DNA of 64,000 nt from Phoronis australis. Lineage: Eukaryota > Animalia > Phoronida. Under the pieces are notes generated by a model. It was not told the origin of the DNA. It was given only the letters and a program-made list of their open reading frames with translations, and did not search any database. This document shows positions 13,256 to 26,929 of this stretch, in pieces; the stretch's first letter is position 1, and each line of letters starts with the position of its first letter. Position numbers and translations under genes: made by a program. The stretch lies in NCBI GenBank assembly GCA_002633005.1, contig NMRA01000346.1, positions 384,560 to 448,559 of the forward strand. Reading direction: 5' to 3'.

Positions 13256-14361
13256 TAATGGCATACATTCGCGCATACCCTGAAAACATAACCGTCATTG
13301 TTTTGTTTACATCAAGGGTCAAAGGTCACATTTTCCATATAAGGGAAATGTGGTCAGTCCGTTTCTTCCACACCAAATAAGAAGGAGACGAGCTTTGCCT
13401 TGTGGGAGAAAAATAGACGAAGTGACGAGTAGTTGACAGATCGTTTTTTTTTTTTGAAATCAAAATGCTTTGACATCAACAGAAACTCATTTTTTCTAAA
13501 AAAAACCCATGAAAATACCTGGTGAACAGTTCTATTTCTGTTTCTGTTTCTGTTTCAGTGGCAGAGAACCACCTGAAATAAGGAAATTTAGTCTATGTCA
13601 CTTTAAATTGCCGTTCAAGTATGAATCCTAAAGATTCCTGACTGTTGCTATCAAGAAAGGTTCCAATAAATAAAGCAATGAATAAATAAAACTAATAAAA
13701 TGTACAAAAATGAGCTTTGAAATAAATGTTAAAAATGATGTTGTGCAACTAGCTGACTCACCGGGATCAAAAATAGGTTGACACAGCTCAGGGGTATTGA
13801 TATGAAATGCTTTTTATAGATTCTATTACATATAATGTACGAAGCTGTTGGGAATATAACAAATTAGGTCGTAGTTGGTTGTTATGAAATAGGTTACAGC
13901 GTGCTACGACTGCGTGACAGCACACCTACTGCATGTGACAGCGAGCGAGTTCCCGACATATTTCTCTATCGCGTTGTTTTTTAGCTTTCTATTGAGGGAT
14001 TCTTCATTTACGACCATGCAGCGTACAGTTTATGTTGATCATGCAGTTTTCAGTAACCAACAAGACCGTATGATTCAGCGCAAGCGAATATCCACGGTAA
14101 CAATTTAATGTAGACCCGTCCGTTTATTACGTAAAAGCTAAACCAGAAGTGACTTAGTTGGTAGAACCCATGCATATGAAGGCTATGCATCGTCGCTTCT
14201 TATTTCGCTGTGGGACCAAATGAGATGCAATTGCAAGTCTTGCTTCCCATGGTTGTGCTGATTCGCGAATAGCACTCTAAGGCGCTATGTTTTAGAAACC
14301 GTGTCGACTCTTGTTTTAACGGACTTTGAACTAGGTGACGTTTGGAAGTGGCATGGGCACC

Positions 14362-14917
14362 GCTATACATAGCCGCCGTCTGCAACTGGAGTAGAGACGG
14401 TAGTCATCCCATAGGCACTCCATACGCCGGAAGCTTTTCGGCGATTTATGCCTTTCATCGATAAAACGATCAAGGTCACCTTGCTAGAAGTGCCGCTTGC
14501 GCACACAAGGACACTTTGACGTGGTGTCCCCTGGAACGAGCAGTGTAAAGTAACAAAGTTGCCGATTTGGGGAACTGAACAAAGGACTTCTCGAAAAAAA
14601 GTTTGACTGTGGGAGTATTCCATGGAGCAGGAAAGAGTTAAAGAAATCAACGGTCTCTTACGGTCTCTCTCTCTCCCCCTCTCCCTCTCCCTCTCCCTCT
14701 CTCTCTCTCTCCCTCTCCCTCTCCCTCTCCCTCCAGTCTCCCTCTCCCTCTCCCTCTCCCTATACGTATATATATATATGCAAAAAGTACTCATAACAAC
14801 GTGACTTTGATTGTTTGATCAGTGTGAGGCATAATTCGCCGAAAAGCTTCCGGCGGATGAAGTGTCTAGTATATGACTATCGTCTCTATTGCGGCCATTT
14901 GAGACGCTCAATATAGC
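14362..14917. mobile_element. MITE with long (~100-125 bp) imperfect terminal inverted repeats and a central microsatellite
   Basis: TAGAGACGGTAGTCAT...CGCCGGAAGCTTTTCGGCGATTTATGCCT...CAAGGTCAC (14392-14480) is the reverse complement of ~14800-14888. Weaker similarity extends to GCTATA/TATAGC. Confidence 0.7.
14664..14779. repeat. (CT)n/(CTCCCT)n microsatellite followed by (TA)n
   Basis: Directly visible low-complexity run. Confidence 0.95.
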
Positions 14918-16339
14918 TTTAATTACATCTCATACGTAAACTTGGCAAAATATTTTCCACAATCCTTCCACACTTCACCTGAAGTGATACAAATGAAAAC
15001 ACGGTTGGCCTAAATCAACGACAGATACACTCAAAGAAAATAAAGATAACGCAAGTAAGAAATTTAGGTTAAGATCGAAGTCTCCAAGGCATTGTTTACA
15101 GTTGAACTCGAACACGAAGACTAACGAACCACTACAAGTCGCCTAACACGAGCATGGTACAATTTTGTCGTCGCTAACAAGACACGTAAACTTGCAATTA
15201 GGTTCATGAATTAAATGCGTGGGTAAAAACTTATCGACTGCAAGATCTCTTTGATATCCAAGAGACCCATATGTAATGTTATCGCTCTAACAGCAATCTA
15301 TTAATCCAGATTCTGCAAAACAATAAGTTACTGACACTGACAGATCTACACGTATGATGTCGCACGGGGGTGGGGGTGGGGGTAAAATCACATTTTCTGA
15401 AGGAAAGAGTCAGTATGGGCCCTAAAATGGCAAGCTGACTGCCCTTTTTGCTTTTTGTCACTGTGACGACCCTAAGGGAGGGGTCCGCGAGCCACCAGGG
15501 CCTTTGGCATTGGGGTCGATGAACAGAGATTTTGATGAAGTAATCGAGGGAAGAAGACTTTAGTCTCGCCTCCGCAAACCAGCACTTGGTGATAATCCAC
15601 ATGGAAACCAAAGTTCCGGTAATCATCCAACGAATACTATCAGTCCTTAAGAAAAGACCCTAAAGCAAGTGTTTCGAAAATAATTGTCAAAGAAGTAAAG
15701 CCAAAATACACATATTAACATACTATCGTGGAAGTAACGCGACGATTGTCATGCGGAACTGTGTTTCCACACGGTAAACATGCACACAAATCGTGTTTTA
15801 CGTGACCACAGATACTTTTATCACAAAAACAATATTAAGTAAGGGAGAGTTCACCTACATGTACATGTATTACATATACATGTACTTCATTCAATCCTCT
15901 CCCACCACCCTCTCTCATCACCCGTCATCCTGATATCACACCTTGTCCAGACTCTAATTACGCTATCACAGTTTACCCCCGTGTTTTCGGAAGAAATGGC
16001 AGTTGGTTGGTGAAATTCCGTCTTTATTACTCTAATGACAAACTAAAGTCATTTTATAATCGTTAGTTGCATTTGCCGCTGTTGTATTCAGTAATTTAAG
16101 TACGCCACTTCAAGATATTCTAATAAACCACAACATGACATCACCATGAGTCTAATCCCCTCCCCCTGTCATAAATCGTCATCTTTCCAAGCCTCCTCCC
16201 ATGTCGAGTAATATACATAATAAGCATGCTGCGTAAAATTTAGTTGGAAACCTTGGGAATTGAAGCAGGTATTCAACTAAACTGCTCTCCTGGGTTTCCC
16301 GCCCTCATATAAATATTTTACACAATGGCGGATTTTCTG

Positions 16340-16587
16340 ATGTTTTGAGAAATAAATATGGTGCTGTGTGTAGGGCCGACCCGGATTATACGGCGACAGA
16401 ACTCTCCTTTGACCCGGAGATAAGAAAGCGCCTGACCTCGTTTTGGAAATCGGGCACATTTTCGTGTCTCTGATGTCTTGAAGGCAAAGAATTTCAGATC
16501 ACGCATCCACGAGTATTGGCCCCATTTATCAAACTTTCTCACATCGAAGTTGCAGCCCACAGCACAGCAGTAACATTTCGTAGGCAT
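16340..16587 (-). pseudogene. THAP-domain remnant (possibly ISL2EU/Harbinger-type transposase N-terminus)
   Basis: ATG at 16587 gives MPTKCYCCAVGCNF...LKFFAF...RKCAR, then a frameshifted RVLS..NPGRP segment resembling RVCS.HF..GRPT. Confidence 0.5.
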
Positions 16588-18944
16588 TAGAAGGACGGAT
16601 AGAATAATGCAACCGAGAAAAACTTGTAAAAAAATCAAACAACATATATGAGGAACACAATTGGCATGAAAACGAGGCAGCAAACGTGCCCGACAGATAT
16701 TTACGAGCACTGCAGGTAATTACAGCGATATTCGAGTACCGCTGTGTAATCCGGGACGACCATATTGGCATACACTTTCGCTCTTGAACTTTTGCAATGC
16801 CCAATGTGCTCGTAAACGCCCGAATCATATCATTTTTGTTGATTAGTCTCGTGTCTCCAAATTTAGCCTGTGACGACCTACATTTGGCAACAACAAAGAA
16901 GCTCGAACTCTTTTAACATTAACAGGGCGTTTAATCAGATAAACCAATGGCAGAAGTTGAATACAGTGAACTGCAGCAACAAAGTACTGGTATCACTGAT
17001 GCGTAAAGTAGCTCTCATGCATTCGCCTGATCCAGCTCTACCTGAGGCGGCAAAATCAAGCGGGTTCTGAGCCAGAGCCTGCCGTGGCTGCGTGACCCGG
17101 CGGTACAGTACTTGAGCTAAAAACAGATAGATTCCATATTTTGGGAAAAACGTTTGGAATCATTACCCACACCTAAGTAAACAGTGGAGGATTATCCGAT
17201 CTCTCGTTGCATATACACTGCTTATTACGTCAAACGCACCGGGGTAACCTTTCCAGTTAAACAAGAGCATTCGAGAAAATTTTAAATGACGTGTGAATGA
17301 TCATGCTTTCAAAAAGACGACCGAGCTTATTCGTCTGAGGCGTTCATAAGTCTTGGAATGAAATGTCAATTTTATTAGCTTTGACCACACGATTTGTACT
17401 TTAAAACATACCAGGGCACAAGATTCTTATGATAAATTATGAATATTTAGTAATAAATACTCGTCGTAGTCGATCAGTGCAACACGATCCCCCCAAGTGA
17501 GAATCAATACAGATCAATCAATTGGAAGTAAACTGTTTAATCATTTCAAGATGTATCACCGGCGGGAACTATTTGTAGGTGCGTGCTGACAAGTGCAAAT
17601 CTGAAATTAATCTGAAAATTCCCAACCACTGAAATCATTTTCATGTTGTCGAGTCTTTACGATCTTCACATCTGTTAACGTTGTTTACGTACAGAAAACT
17701 CGAAAGAACACTATTGCTAGAGGACTTATTTGAATAGACGGAGATGCTGTTAGGAATTCAACAGTTGATGAAACACTACATGTATTGATCAGCTGTTATT
17801 TAAAATCTGAATTTAAATCAATTTATATTGGTTTAGAAATAATAAACTTTCCCAAGCGGAGTTTCACCAGAGGTGTAGACAACTTGAATGATGTGATTTT
17901 GAGTTTAATTTTCTGGGTGTTAATTTTAAGTTGAACTTGCGAACTGTCCTAAGGTACATGTAACGTTGAGTCCAAATCTATAAACAAATATTAACAGATG
18001 GTCTCATAATAAGCCGACTATCTTTGGAAAAGGTCACAGTATAAAAAACACGTGTTTGAAAAATTTGAACATACACTTGCAATCACGTCACTTCGACCAA
18101 TGATATAACTTGGGCGATATCTACAATTTTTGAAATTCATACGGAACGGCAAATAATATAAACTAAGAGGGAGGTGAAAATATGTAACAAATTTTAATAT
18201 GCATTTTAAAATAAGTTTCCATATTAGAAGTGTTTATAGTGAAAAAGCAATCCAAGCAAAGGTTTTTGAATACAATGTATGACGCGTAATGTTAGTATTT
18301 TGCATTTGTTTACTTTAATGCAAAAACAAGAGCTAGAGGTTTACCGCTGATTTTGCAAAACTACACGTAATCATGGCCACTGGTTGGTTCCTTGCACTTG
18401 TCAGTTAGTGTTTTCGCGTAGCGCCACAGACAGTACATACAGTTATACACTTGCGTTCATGCATATCGTTAGCACGTATCATACCGAATAATCATGAAGA
18501 AAGTCCATAACACCATGCAGTTTTAAAAATATTAAAACAGTTAAGTTTACTAAGCAGAACATAGGATGATTACTACGAATATTCAAATTCATTCGTGCAT
18601 TCGTTTTTAATAAACGAAATGAAGAACTCATTGAAAAGTGAATTCAAAATCCGGCGGGTCAAATTAATATTCTCAAAACCGGTTTCTCATATACATCTCA
18701 TACCAAAGTCGTCGCCACTTTTCACATAATATGAAAGTAAAAGGAAGTTATAGTTTTATGGTCAAAAACGTATTTTGGAATTGTTGCTGAAAAGGATAGC
18801 CTTCTTGTGGTTATTAGCTTTGACCTGAGCTATAAAATAAGACCGTTGTTTCGTGATTGCAATCCTCGCCGTTATTTGACAGACCTTTGCTAAAATCAAG
18901 GCCACTAGCTTCACCAGTTAAATGTCCTCACTTAACTCCGCCAT

Positions 18945-19080
18945 ATATCGAGTAGGGTTCTGCTCCGCCTGCAAGACGCTAGACTGTGACCGCGGGGGTT
19001 GTAGGTTCGTATACCTGCTCTGACTGATGACAAAAACTCCCTTTCTCGTACATGAAACCTCCTGAAAGGCTGGCACTGGG
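18945..19080 (+). mobile_element. Degenerate tRNA-derived SINE head
   Basis: Anticodon-arm-like CTAGACTGTGAC and B-box-like GGTTCGTATACC at ~19004. The cloverleaf is broken. Confidence 0.35.
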
Positions 19081-19817
19081 AAACTGAACGATAAACAATG
19101 CAGGATTATTAAAAAATACCTGCAGAAAATCTTTATCGGACACCAATTAATGTTGCTGAACGATTAAAGCCAGCTGATAAAGCAGACGGTCGTGAATTGA
19201 AACAATAGTTGGTAAATGATTGATCACAAACCAACAGAGGACGTTTTTCACTCAAGCGAAAACACCTTAAATCAGTTTGGAAACTGGAAACGTAAATATC
19301 AAAAAGTAAAAAAATCAAAACGCGTGAATACGCAGTTGCAATGGGTCTAAAAGTACAACTTGCACACTGCGTTTAGGTCCAAATTAAAATGGAGTTTGTT
19401 TTCCTCGCACGCCCGTCCGTAAAATAGGTTACATTTATCATGAAAAACAGCAAAAGAAAATATTAGTTCAAATTGAAAAAAACAAATATTTTCGTACGAG
19501 TACATGCACGACTGCACGACTCGAGAATGAAAAGTGGACAACAAAATGGTTTACCCACTGACCAACCGAAAAAGAGCCTTATAATTAGCACCACCAGGTG
19601 GATAGAAGTCTATTCCGAAAGATTTTACGGCACCATCGAAAATCGACACCCTACGCGATTCGGAATCGAGATAATGTTGTTGACAAGACCCAACTACATG
19701 CTCCCAACAAATGAAATTGGTCTCGGATAAAGATTGACGGTTGAGCAACTGTACCGGCACCTCCATGACTGTCTTGAATTCGGCAACGGTGGTGAGTTTT
19801 CTCTGAATTATCTTGGT

Positions 19818-20570
19818 CAAGGCAAGTCAAGTTTATTTCTTTAGATAGAGACCCCTTCCGGGATATACATGCATGAAAAGCACAACGTCAAACAATTACA
19901 CACAACAAGAATGCGACAGAATGGAATGTAAGATAAATACACTCGTGTAGTCCTACGTCTAAAGTAATGAAATGACCAGAATCTACAAGCAACGAATCGA
20001 CAAGGCAAGATACTTGCAAGCATTCACAATATTGACTACATACAACTGAAATATTTATAACAATTACACTGCATACATGACAGTAACAAAAATAACTTAA
20101 CGTTCTTCTAAAATAGTAGACCAGATAACCAATTGATCAAAAAGATCTAAACACGAGACATATTCACATATTCGTATGAATAAATTTATTATGGTTCAGA
20201 AGTTTTTCACCAATATCAATGTCCACTTCCACTACTTCACTAACGTTTTTAAAATAATACGGCTGGATATACAGGGATCGGTCGGCAGAGAAGGATGGGC
20301 AAACTAACAAGAAGTCGCCAAAAATCCAGACAAGAGCATACAAATGGCAAGAAATCGTAGAATCAGTACAAGTGAAACGACCCATAAGAAATCGGCAACT
20401 TATTTCCACAGCGAAAATGACAGCACAATAATGCGTCTACACAACCAATGGTTTTCAAATAGTATTCAAATCTGAGTGACATTTGAACAACATGACTGCA
20501 GCAAATTCTACCAACGTCCAGTTTTGCAGAGCAATACCCTCATTATGGACCATGCCTTTCAACTGAACAT

Positions 20571-20607
<37 letters not shown>

Positions 20608-20950
20608 TTGCCAATTGGTCTGATCAAGACTTACCACAGTTTAATACAGATTTGGCTCTCAACAACCATGGGTAGTGGTATAATCCATTGTCAGACAGCG
20701 TAAGTAATAAACTACGGTATAATGTTGGATAATTGATTTCGCTTTTCAGACAAATTTTGAACCAGTTGACAATAACGTTTGTCTATCTCACGTTGGAGGG
20801 GATAATCTGCCAAACCACGACAAACTTAAGGAACTTTCTGCAAAATACTTCTAGTTGGGAGATATCAGTATAACCCTAAACCTCGACACCACATACATTT
20901 GTCTAACAATTCACAGCAATACATACATGTACTGTATTAATGGGAAGAAA
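19818..20950 (-). mobile_element. 3' end of a non-LTR retrotransposon (CR1/L2-like), decayed
   Basis: Minus strand ends AATAAACTTGACTTGCCTTGA (polyA signal plus short tandem tail). Upstream reads GRF..C...GDFLLVCPSF...R..YIQPYYF, resembling the C-terminal CCHC region of LINE ORF2. Confidence 0.55.
20575..20603. repeat. (TA)n microsatellite
   Basis: Directly visible. Confidence 0.95.
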
Positions 20951-21849
20951 CAGATGAATAGCTCTAGTGGGCAAAGAAAATGAAGCTCCCTGCGCTCGAA
21001 TAACCTGTCTGAAGGTAGCTTTCTTTGGTGAAATTTTCATCGTACTAAATGTCAACATCCAATCAGAGACCACAGGCAGAACTGTACACCAAATTTAGAA
21101 GTCGGAATTGTATTACTGGACCCCTTGGAAATACGACCTTGATTTTTAAAGAATTATCAGTTGATTTCCTACCGTTGCAGTAGACCCTAATGCTGCAGAG
21201 CATTCAAACTTGGCTGTAACTCCCCTCGAGGTTCGGAGAGCAGAACAGCCAGTGTGCAAATCGGACAACGAATACGCGACTTTGAGGTCGCCCGCTGTAT
21301 TGTGGGATATCTTGTAAATGCGTGATGGCCGTGGTCCAGAACTCGAGAGACTGAGGTGACTCTACAGTGCTGTGGAACGGGCGACTTTCACAGAAGATGT
21401 CATCTCCGAAACAAAAATTATAAAATCAATGCCATCTTGTAAGAATGCAGAATTAAAGCGATGACTCAAATACCGAGGGGCTTCAGTGAAAGGAAAGAAG
21501 TCGGAGATCGTACAAAGGTAAGATGCGGACAGACTATAGGCGGTTCACACGCCAGCTTAGCGGCGGCGTATCACGCCTCACACTTATTAAAACATCCAAG
21601 TCCGAGAAGGCCGGCAGTTAGAGCTTAAGATAAAGTTATCAAAGCTTGTTGCTGTCTGGTATTAATTTTTATTGTCTTAAGGTATCATTATCAAATGTTT
21701 CTGAAACCGTGTCTTCTTTGATCAACATAGATTTCACACCAGTTGAAAGTCATGTTAAGAGCTGCATAAAACTTTTATTACTAAATCAGCAACATTTTAT
21801 GTTCAAGATTGGAAACCCTACGCCAATGATCCAGAGAGATTTGTTAAAG

Positions 21850-23400
21850 TTGTCGATCTAGATGGCAGACAGTGGGAGTTTGTCAAAGAAGTAGCCTAAA
21901 GCACTACCAGTGAGAAGTTTGTTGTTCCTGAAAACGCTTGGACCAGCTCCACATGTTGCTTCCCAGAAACGTTTGGTTCGGATCTCATTATACGAGTATC
22001 TTGGTAGATAAACTAAAACACAGGAGAGACGGCTATAGAATGTTGAAGTGTGGAAAAGATGCTCTTTGTGAAACTGAACGAGCGTGAGACTTAAGACACA
22101 CATTGCCTTAAGGCAAGTGTTCAAGTATCAACAAAATACCGTGTGACTCTGGTTTTGTCAAAAGATACGGGAAGCGTGTTCTACAGCCGACGCAAATGTA
22201 AGACAAGGGGGCGATGGGAAATGTAAACATGTAACTGCCGGACTTTATATAGTGTTAGATATGAAGGATAGTGGCGTGTCAGATGAGCCTGCTTTTTTCG
22301 CCTGCACTGATAAAGCCTGAGCCTGGAGCAAAGGCTTAACTCGTATTCCTTTGAAGGCTTCTAGCAAGTTCACGGACCTGGTTTTTGTGAACCCCCAGCC
22401 TGGATAGGACATCTCCAGGGTAGTTGAGCACGAGCTAAAAAGAAGCACAATGCTGTGATCGAAACAAAGGTGACAACGGACATTTTAAAGTCACTAGCTA
22501 CGTCATGGAAGGCGCCTTATCTGGGCAAGAATCATCAGAGATATCTGTAGTGCAAGACGTGTAACTGCATTCCAAAGTTTCACTGAGTTTAAATATCAGC
22601 TAGTGCAAGTTTTTAGTCATAATTTTGCTTGAATGTTCTTGACTGAATTTGTTACAGCATGTATTCTCAACACTTTCAAAAATTTACGATATCTATTCAG
22701 GCAAAGCTGCAAATTATGGCTCAGGTAGACTGTTGAATATTCTAGTTATGTAGACGAAAACAATATAATAATGATAATTTCAAAGGCTGATTATATTTTG
22801 AAAATGTTATCTAAGTCTTCATGAAAATTGCACTGTTTGTTATCTCATGGCTTCTCTTCAGTTTCATGAATTGGTGAGGGTTTGACATTGCCACAACTTT
22901 CAAACCCATCAACTCTCTAAGGAACCAACTGGTTCAGTTGAAAGTCTCCAATGTGGTTCATGGCGTTACGTATGAGGCGCGCGGGTGTACTGAGTCCAAA
23001 GTGGGTGAAACGAAGCCGTCTCTCAAAAGCAGAGTGAACCAGCCCCGCCGGCCCAGTTATGGAGATACGTATGATTCCTCCGTTTTCACTCGTATCATGA
23101 CTGTAGGACATTTCTTTGACACCAGTGATGTAGGTACTTTGGATCTTGAGGAAAACTAGTTCAAACGTGGGTTTAAGGAATCCATCTGCGAGCGGGTTGA
23201 ATCGCCAAGGCGGATTAAAATTCCAACTTTTCAAGACATAGGATCACGCGCTTCGTTTCATTCCACGAAGAAAACGTCATCAGCAGAACGCCACCAGGGC
23301 ATTAGCTGGTGAAAGTCCTCGCGATGAGGACGCAGCCTTGCGTTCAACGAGGCAAACGCTTTGAAGCGCTTTGCGAGATTGTGCTATTGAACGACGCGCT
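21850..23400 (-). mobile_element. Highly decayed non-LTR retrotransposon ORF2 fragments (possibly I-group)
   Basis: Frameshifted motifs reminiscent of QGLRL..GAFRTSP (~23300-23345) and a TRVTHG-like C-terminal segment (~22140). Many stops. Confidence 0.3.
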
Positions 23401-23516
23401 CACGGAAAACGCTTTCATTTTTGGCGAGCGCTTTTCAAGCTAAATTGCCAATAAAACCAAGATGGAAGACAAGTAGGCCCTAAGTGTTTTCTTTTAGTAT
23501 AATCGAGAAACCAATG

Positions 23517-23655
23517 CAGTGTCGGATTTAGAGGGGCCCTCCCTCCTAAAATTTTCCCAGATTCTATTTGGCAGTACGGGGGTACGAATGTCTGACGGGC
23601 AAAATACTCTGCCCTGCACATCCCCACCTAATTCCAAATCCTTAATGCGCCCCTG
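23517..23655. mobile_element. Small hAT-like MITE with a 5-bp flanking duplication
   Basis: CAGTGTCGGATTTAG at the left end versus the reverse complement of the right end CAGGGGCGCATTAAG. CAATG on both flanks (23512-23516, 23656-23660). Confidence 0.55.
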
Positions 23656-25659
23656 CAATGGTCGTCCGCCTAAGCATAAAAACGGCTTGTTATCGTACTC
23701 ACCGAAAAATAGGATTTGATTTAACTCTCACAAATATATAGTATTCGTTGATTCGAAAGTTTTCTGTAATTGATGCCGAGTTGTTTCAACTGTAACTTTC
23801 TTTTCGGCAGCCATTTTAAAATGACTCCTCTGGTTTTCACGTGCTGCCGCCTTTTGTAACAACAGAAAAACACGCAGAAAAAAGGCCAAGAAAATTGTGG
23901 AAAGTTGTTTACAACAATTCTAGTTAAGCCACAGACTGTTTTACAGGTATAACATCTATTTTTAAATCGATAAAAATTGGACCAGGATTTCAGTTGAAGA
24001 AAACAAATGTTTTTGAAATTTAATCAATAAAATAACCAGAATTTAGAAAATTAGAGACAAAATGCAAACACGTTTACAACAATCTAACATTTTTGTTTTA
24101 AATAATTACTCTTCTTGTAACTTTGCTTTCTTTCTTTTTCTTTTCAGTATTTCTTCATTCCCAGTTAACACCTTGCCAGCCAAAACAGAACTGTAACCCT
24201 TCCAGACTTGGTTAGAGGATCATTGGACCTCGATACAGTTTTTCTAAAAAATCATACAGAGTCATATTGTTTGAACTTTTTTTCTCACCTTCAACAGGAT
24301 TCTACAATCATATATTGATACATAAATATCCAAGTTGCATTCATGTTTTCTTGCTCAATCTATTATTTTTATTTTTATTTTTAATCATCTCACGCTGTGC
24401 TATACATGTACCTAACAATGCAGTATGGTGAAATAAATTCAATGTTTTATCTCATTGTTGAACATTCTGTATCAATTAAAGTATTTTAATTTTCTTCAAA
24501 TAAGTCCAAAATGCCTGAACCAAAACTTTTCAACATTAATGTTGAGCTCTGCACTGTGTTTTGGAATAAAAAAACAAGTGGACAATATTTTGATGGCCAA
24601 TGCCTGGGCAGAGACTGTTAAGCACCCAGTGTGTTGCATTTGTCTGCTGGTTTTTCCTTTGGCCTTATAGATGTTGGTTAGTGCCTGGGACAAATAGATA
24701 CTTTGCATAAACAATCCCTGGGTTGTTTTTTGCCCTGTCTGAAGAAAACTCAATTTCGATAATATCTTCTGAAAATAAACAAATAAGTGCACTAGAAAAA
24801 TCTACAAGTTTTTAAGTGGTTTCAAACAACTGTTGGTAAATGCATCGCCAGATTTTCGTCTCTTTTCTTCGATGCATGCTTGTACCGAGAGGTTAGTACC
24901 TAAAAAGCAGACGAGCACTCCTGATTGGAACATTAAGTCCCGCATGGCTGCGCTGCACGCAAAAGAAGATGGCCCACGACCATTGGAGCCTGAAAACGAT
25001 TTATCCCGACGATATATATATATATATATTTCTATTGGGATTTTAGAAATTTTACTTATAGATATTTAAATTGTTGAATTATTTTCCTTTCGTTTTACAA
25101 CTCTGCATTACCTGCAACTCCAAGAAGTCCTACATTACAAAGTATATTACCTTTCGTCAGCTTTTGGTCGTGTGTTGTTTAGCATTTTGTGTGCCAGTGA
25201 GCAGTTAACTCTCCATCGACAGCCGAACTATTCGTTGCCTTGATATTTTGATGAAATTTCCAAGAGGTTCTACTTATGTCGTTACACGTTGCATTAAAAC
25301 AAAATTCAAAATTCTCGAATATTTGTAGCATCGATTATTTTGAATCTTGGGTGCCCTGTTTGATTTGTAATTTAATTTTTTAACTTCTTTAAAACTTCAT
25401 TTCTGTTTATTTTACTTATTTAAAATTTGTTTCTTCTACAGGAATACGTTACGCAAACGTTCTGAATTATTCTCTGTTTATTAACACTGTTAATGTTTTG
25501 GATGCAAAGAGTACTCACGCAAGTATCAATTTACCTGTACCAGTGAGAGTACTCAAGCAAGTATCAACATTCCTGTACAAGTGAGAAAACCATGTTTGAT
25601 AATGGTAGTACGTTGTTTGCTTTAACACACCCTGTTGCCATACCAACTGCAGAAGCAAA

Positions 25660-26710
25660 GATGTCAGGACAAAGAGGACAGAATATGGAAGACAAGACTG
25701 GTTCATCATGTAACAAAGATGGCAAAAACGCAGCCAGCGCAGTTTCGCAATTTTCTTTTGTACACGTAACCTTGGATCATAAGTATAACACAGGTAACCA
25801 AGAGAAATTTTACATTATAGTCCTATATATTTCTATTTGTCACACAATCTATTTTTCTTGAAATATTAAATTTTCAAGCAGCTGTGGATACGAATTGATT
25901 GGCAATGACTGGAGTCGATGTGTCATGTTACACTGCATGGAATTACTTAATTAAAATTCTTATTTTTTATTTTCTAGATCCTGATAGCGATGACAAGGAT
26001 ATTGAGTGTAAGTGCATGTATTTATTTATTTATTAAGTTGCATCATTGGAATCGTTACCTCTTATGTTGCAAATCTTTCAAATCGCCATTAACTGTGGCA
26101 TGATAATTACCGTGCCATATATCTATAAAGAGACACTTCATTTCTGCATTTTGAAAATGAATGTGGCCTTTCAGTGTCACCATGGTAACCATAGAAAGTT
26201 TTGGTTTTGGCATCATTGGTGGTAAACCACTACAGGAAGTTTTCTGACTGCATACAAATGTACAGCATTATGGAAACTGACTGCGTCGGCTATGACGGAG
26301 AAGGAGCACTTGTTTATAAATCTAAAATCCCAGTTTGTTTTTACCTGTCATGAATGTTGGTTTAGGCGAATGCGTAAAGACTTTAAAAACGAGATTGATT
26401 TGCCAAATTCTGCAAAAGTACAAACCAATCATCTTTAAACTTGATAGTATTATTAGCATGATGAATACAAATGTTAAAACCAACCTAAAATCAAATCCGC
26501 ATGTATCAGTTAGAGTATAATACAATGTATAGCCTGGAATATTTGGCGACATTTTTTAATTTCCTGTTATTTCTCAGGTACAAGATCATCGTCGATGCAG
26601 ATTCAAAAAATGGGCGTCGAAAACGGGAATCTGTTGAAGCCATGAACCACCTGTTAGCTGGTGATCCAGCTGTGAAACCCAAAGCTGTCTTGTCGTCATC
26701 TTCAGTTGGT
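25660..26710 (+). pseudogene. Myb/SANT-like (trihelix) DNA-binding protein remnant of the kind carried by PIF/Harbinger transposons
   Basis: Exon-like pieces LWKLTASAMTEK (~26268-26305) and AG|GYKIIVDADSKNGRRKRESVEAMNHLLAGDPAVKPKAVLSSSS (26578-26705), with consensus splice sites. Confidence 0.5.
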
Positions 26711-26929
26711 TAGTATGTAATGAAGTTGGCATGGGATGAAGCTAATAAGCTTATGCTTGGCAATGCCATCTTTATAGCACTTTCCTTACAAAATGTGTGA
26801 TTGGGTCCAATGCGACTCCTAGAATCGTCACAAATGTGGTACCTTTTATGTAAGTTGTTTGAAAATATTCAGTCTAAAAGAGAAAAGTTGAATAAGTAGG
26901 AAAGCTTTTTGCAGATAAGACTGGCTGCT

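Noticed and set aside
14363-14804. ORFs with RERERE / LSLSLS runs
   Set aside because: Translations of the CT microsatellite.
15427-15620. Signal-peptide-like stretch followed by QGLWHWGR (neuropeptide precursor?)
   Set aside because: Three in-frame stops, no repeated peptide or dibasic sites; probably chance.
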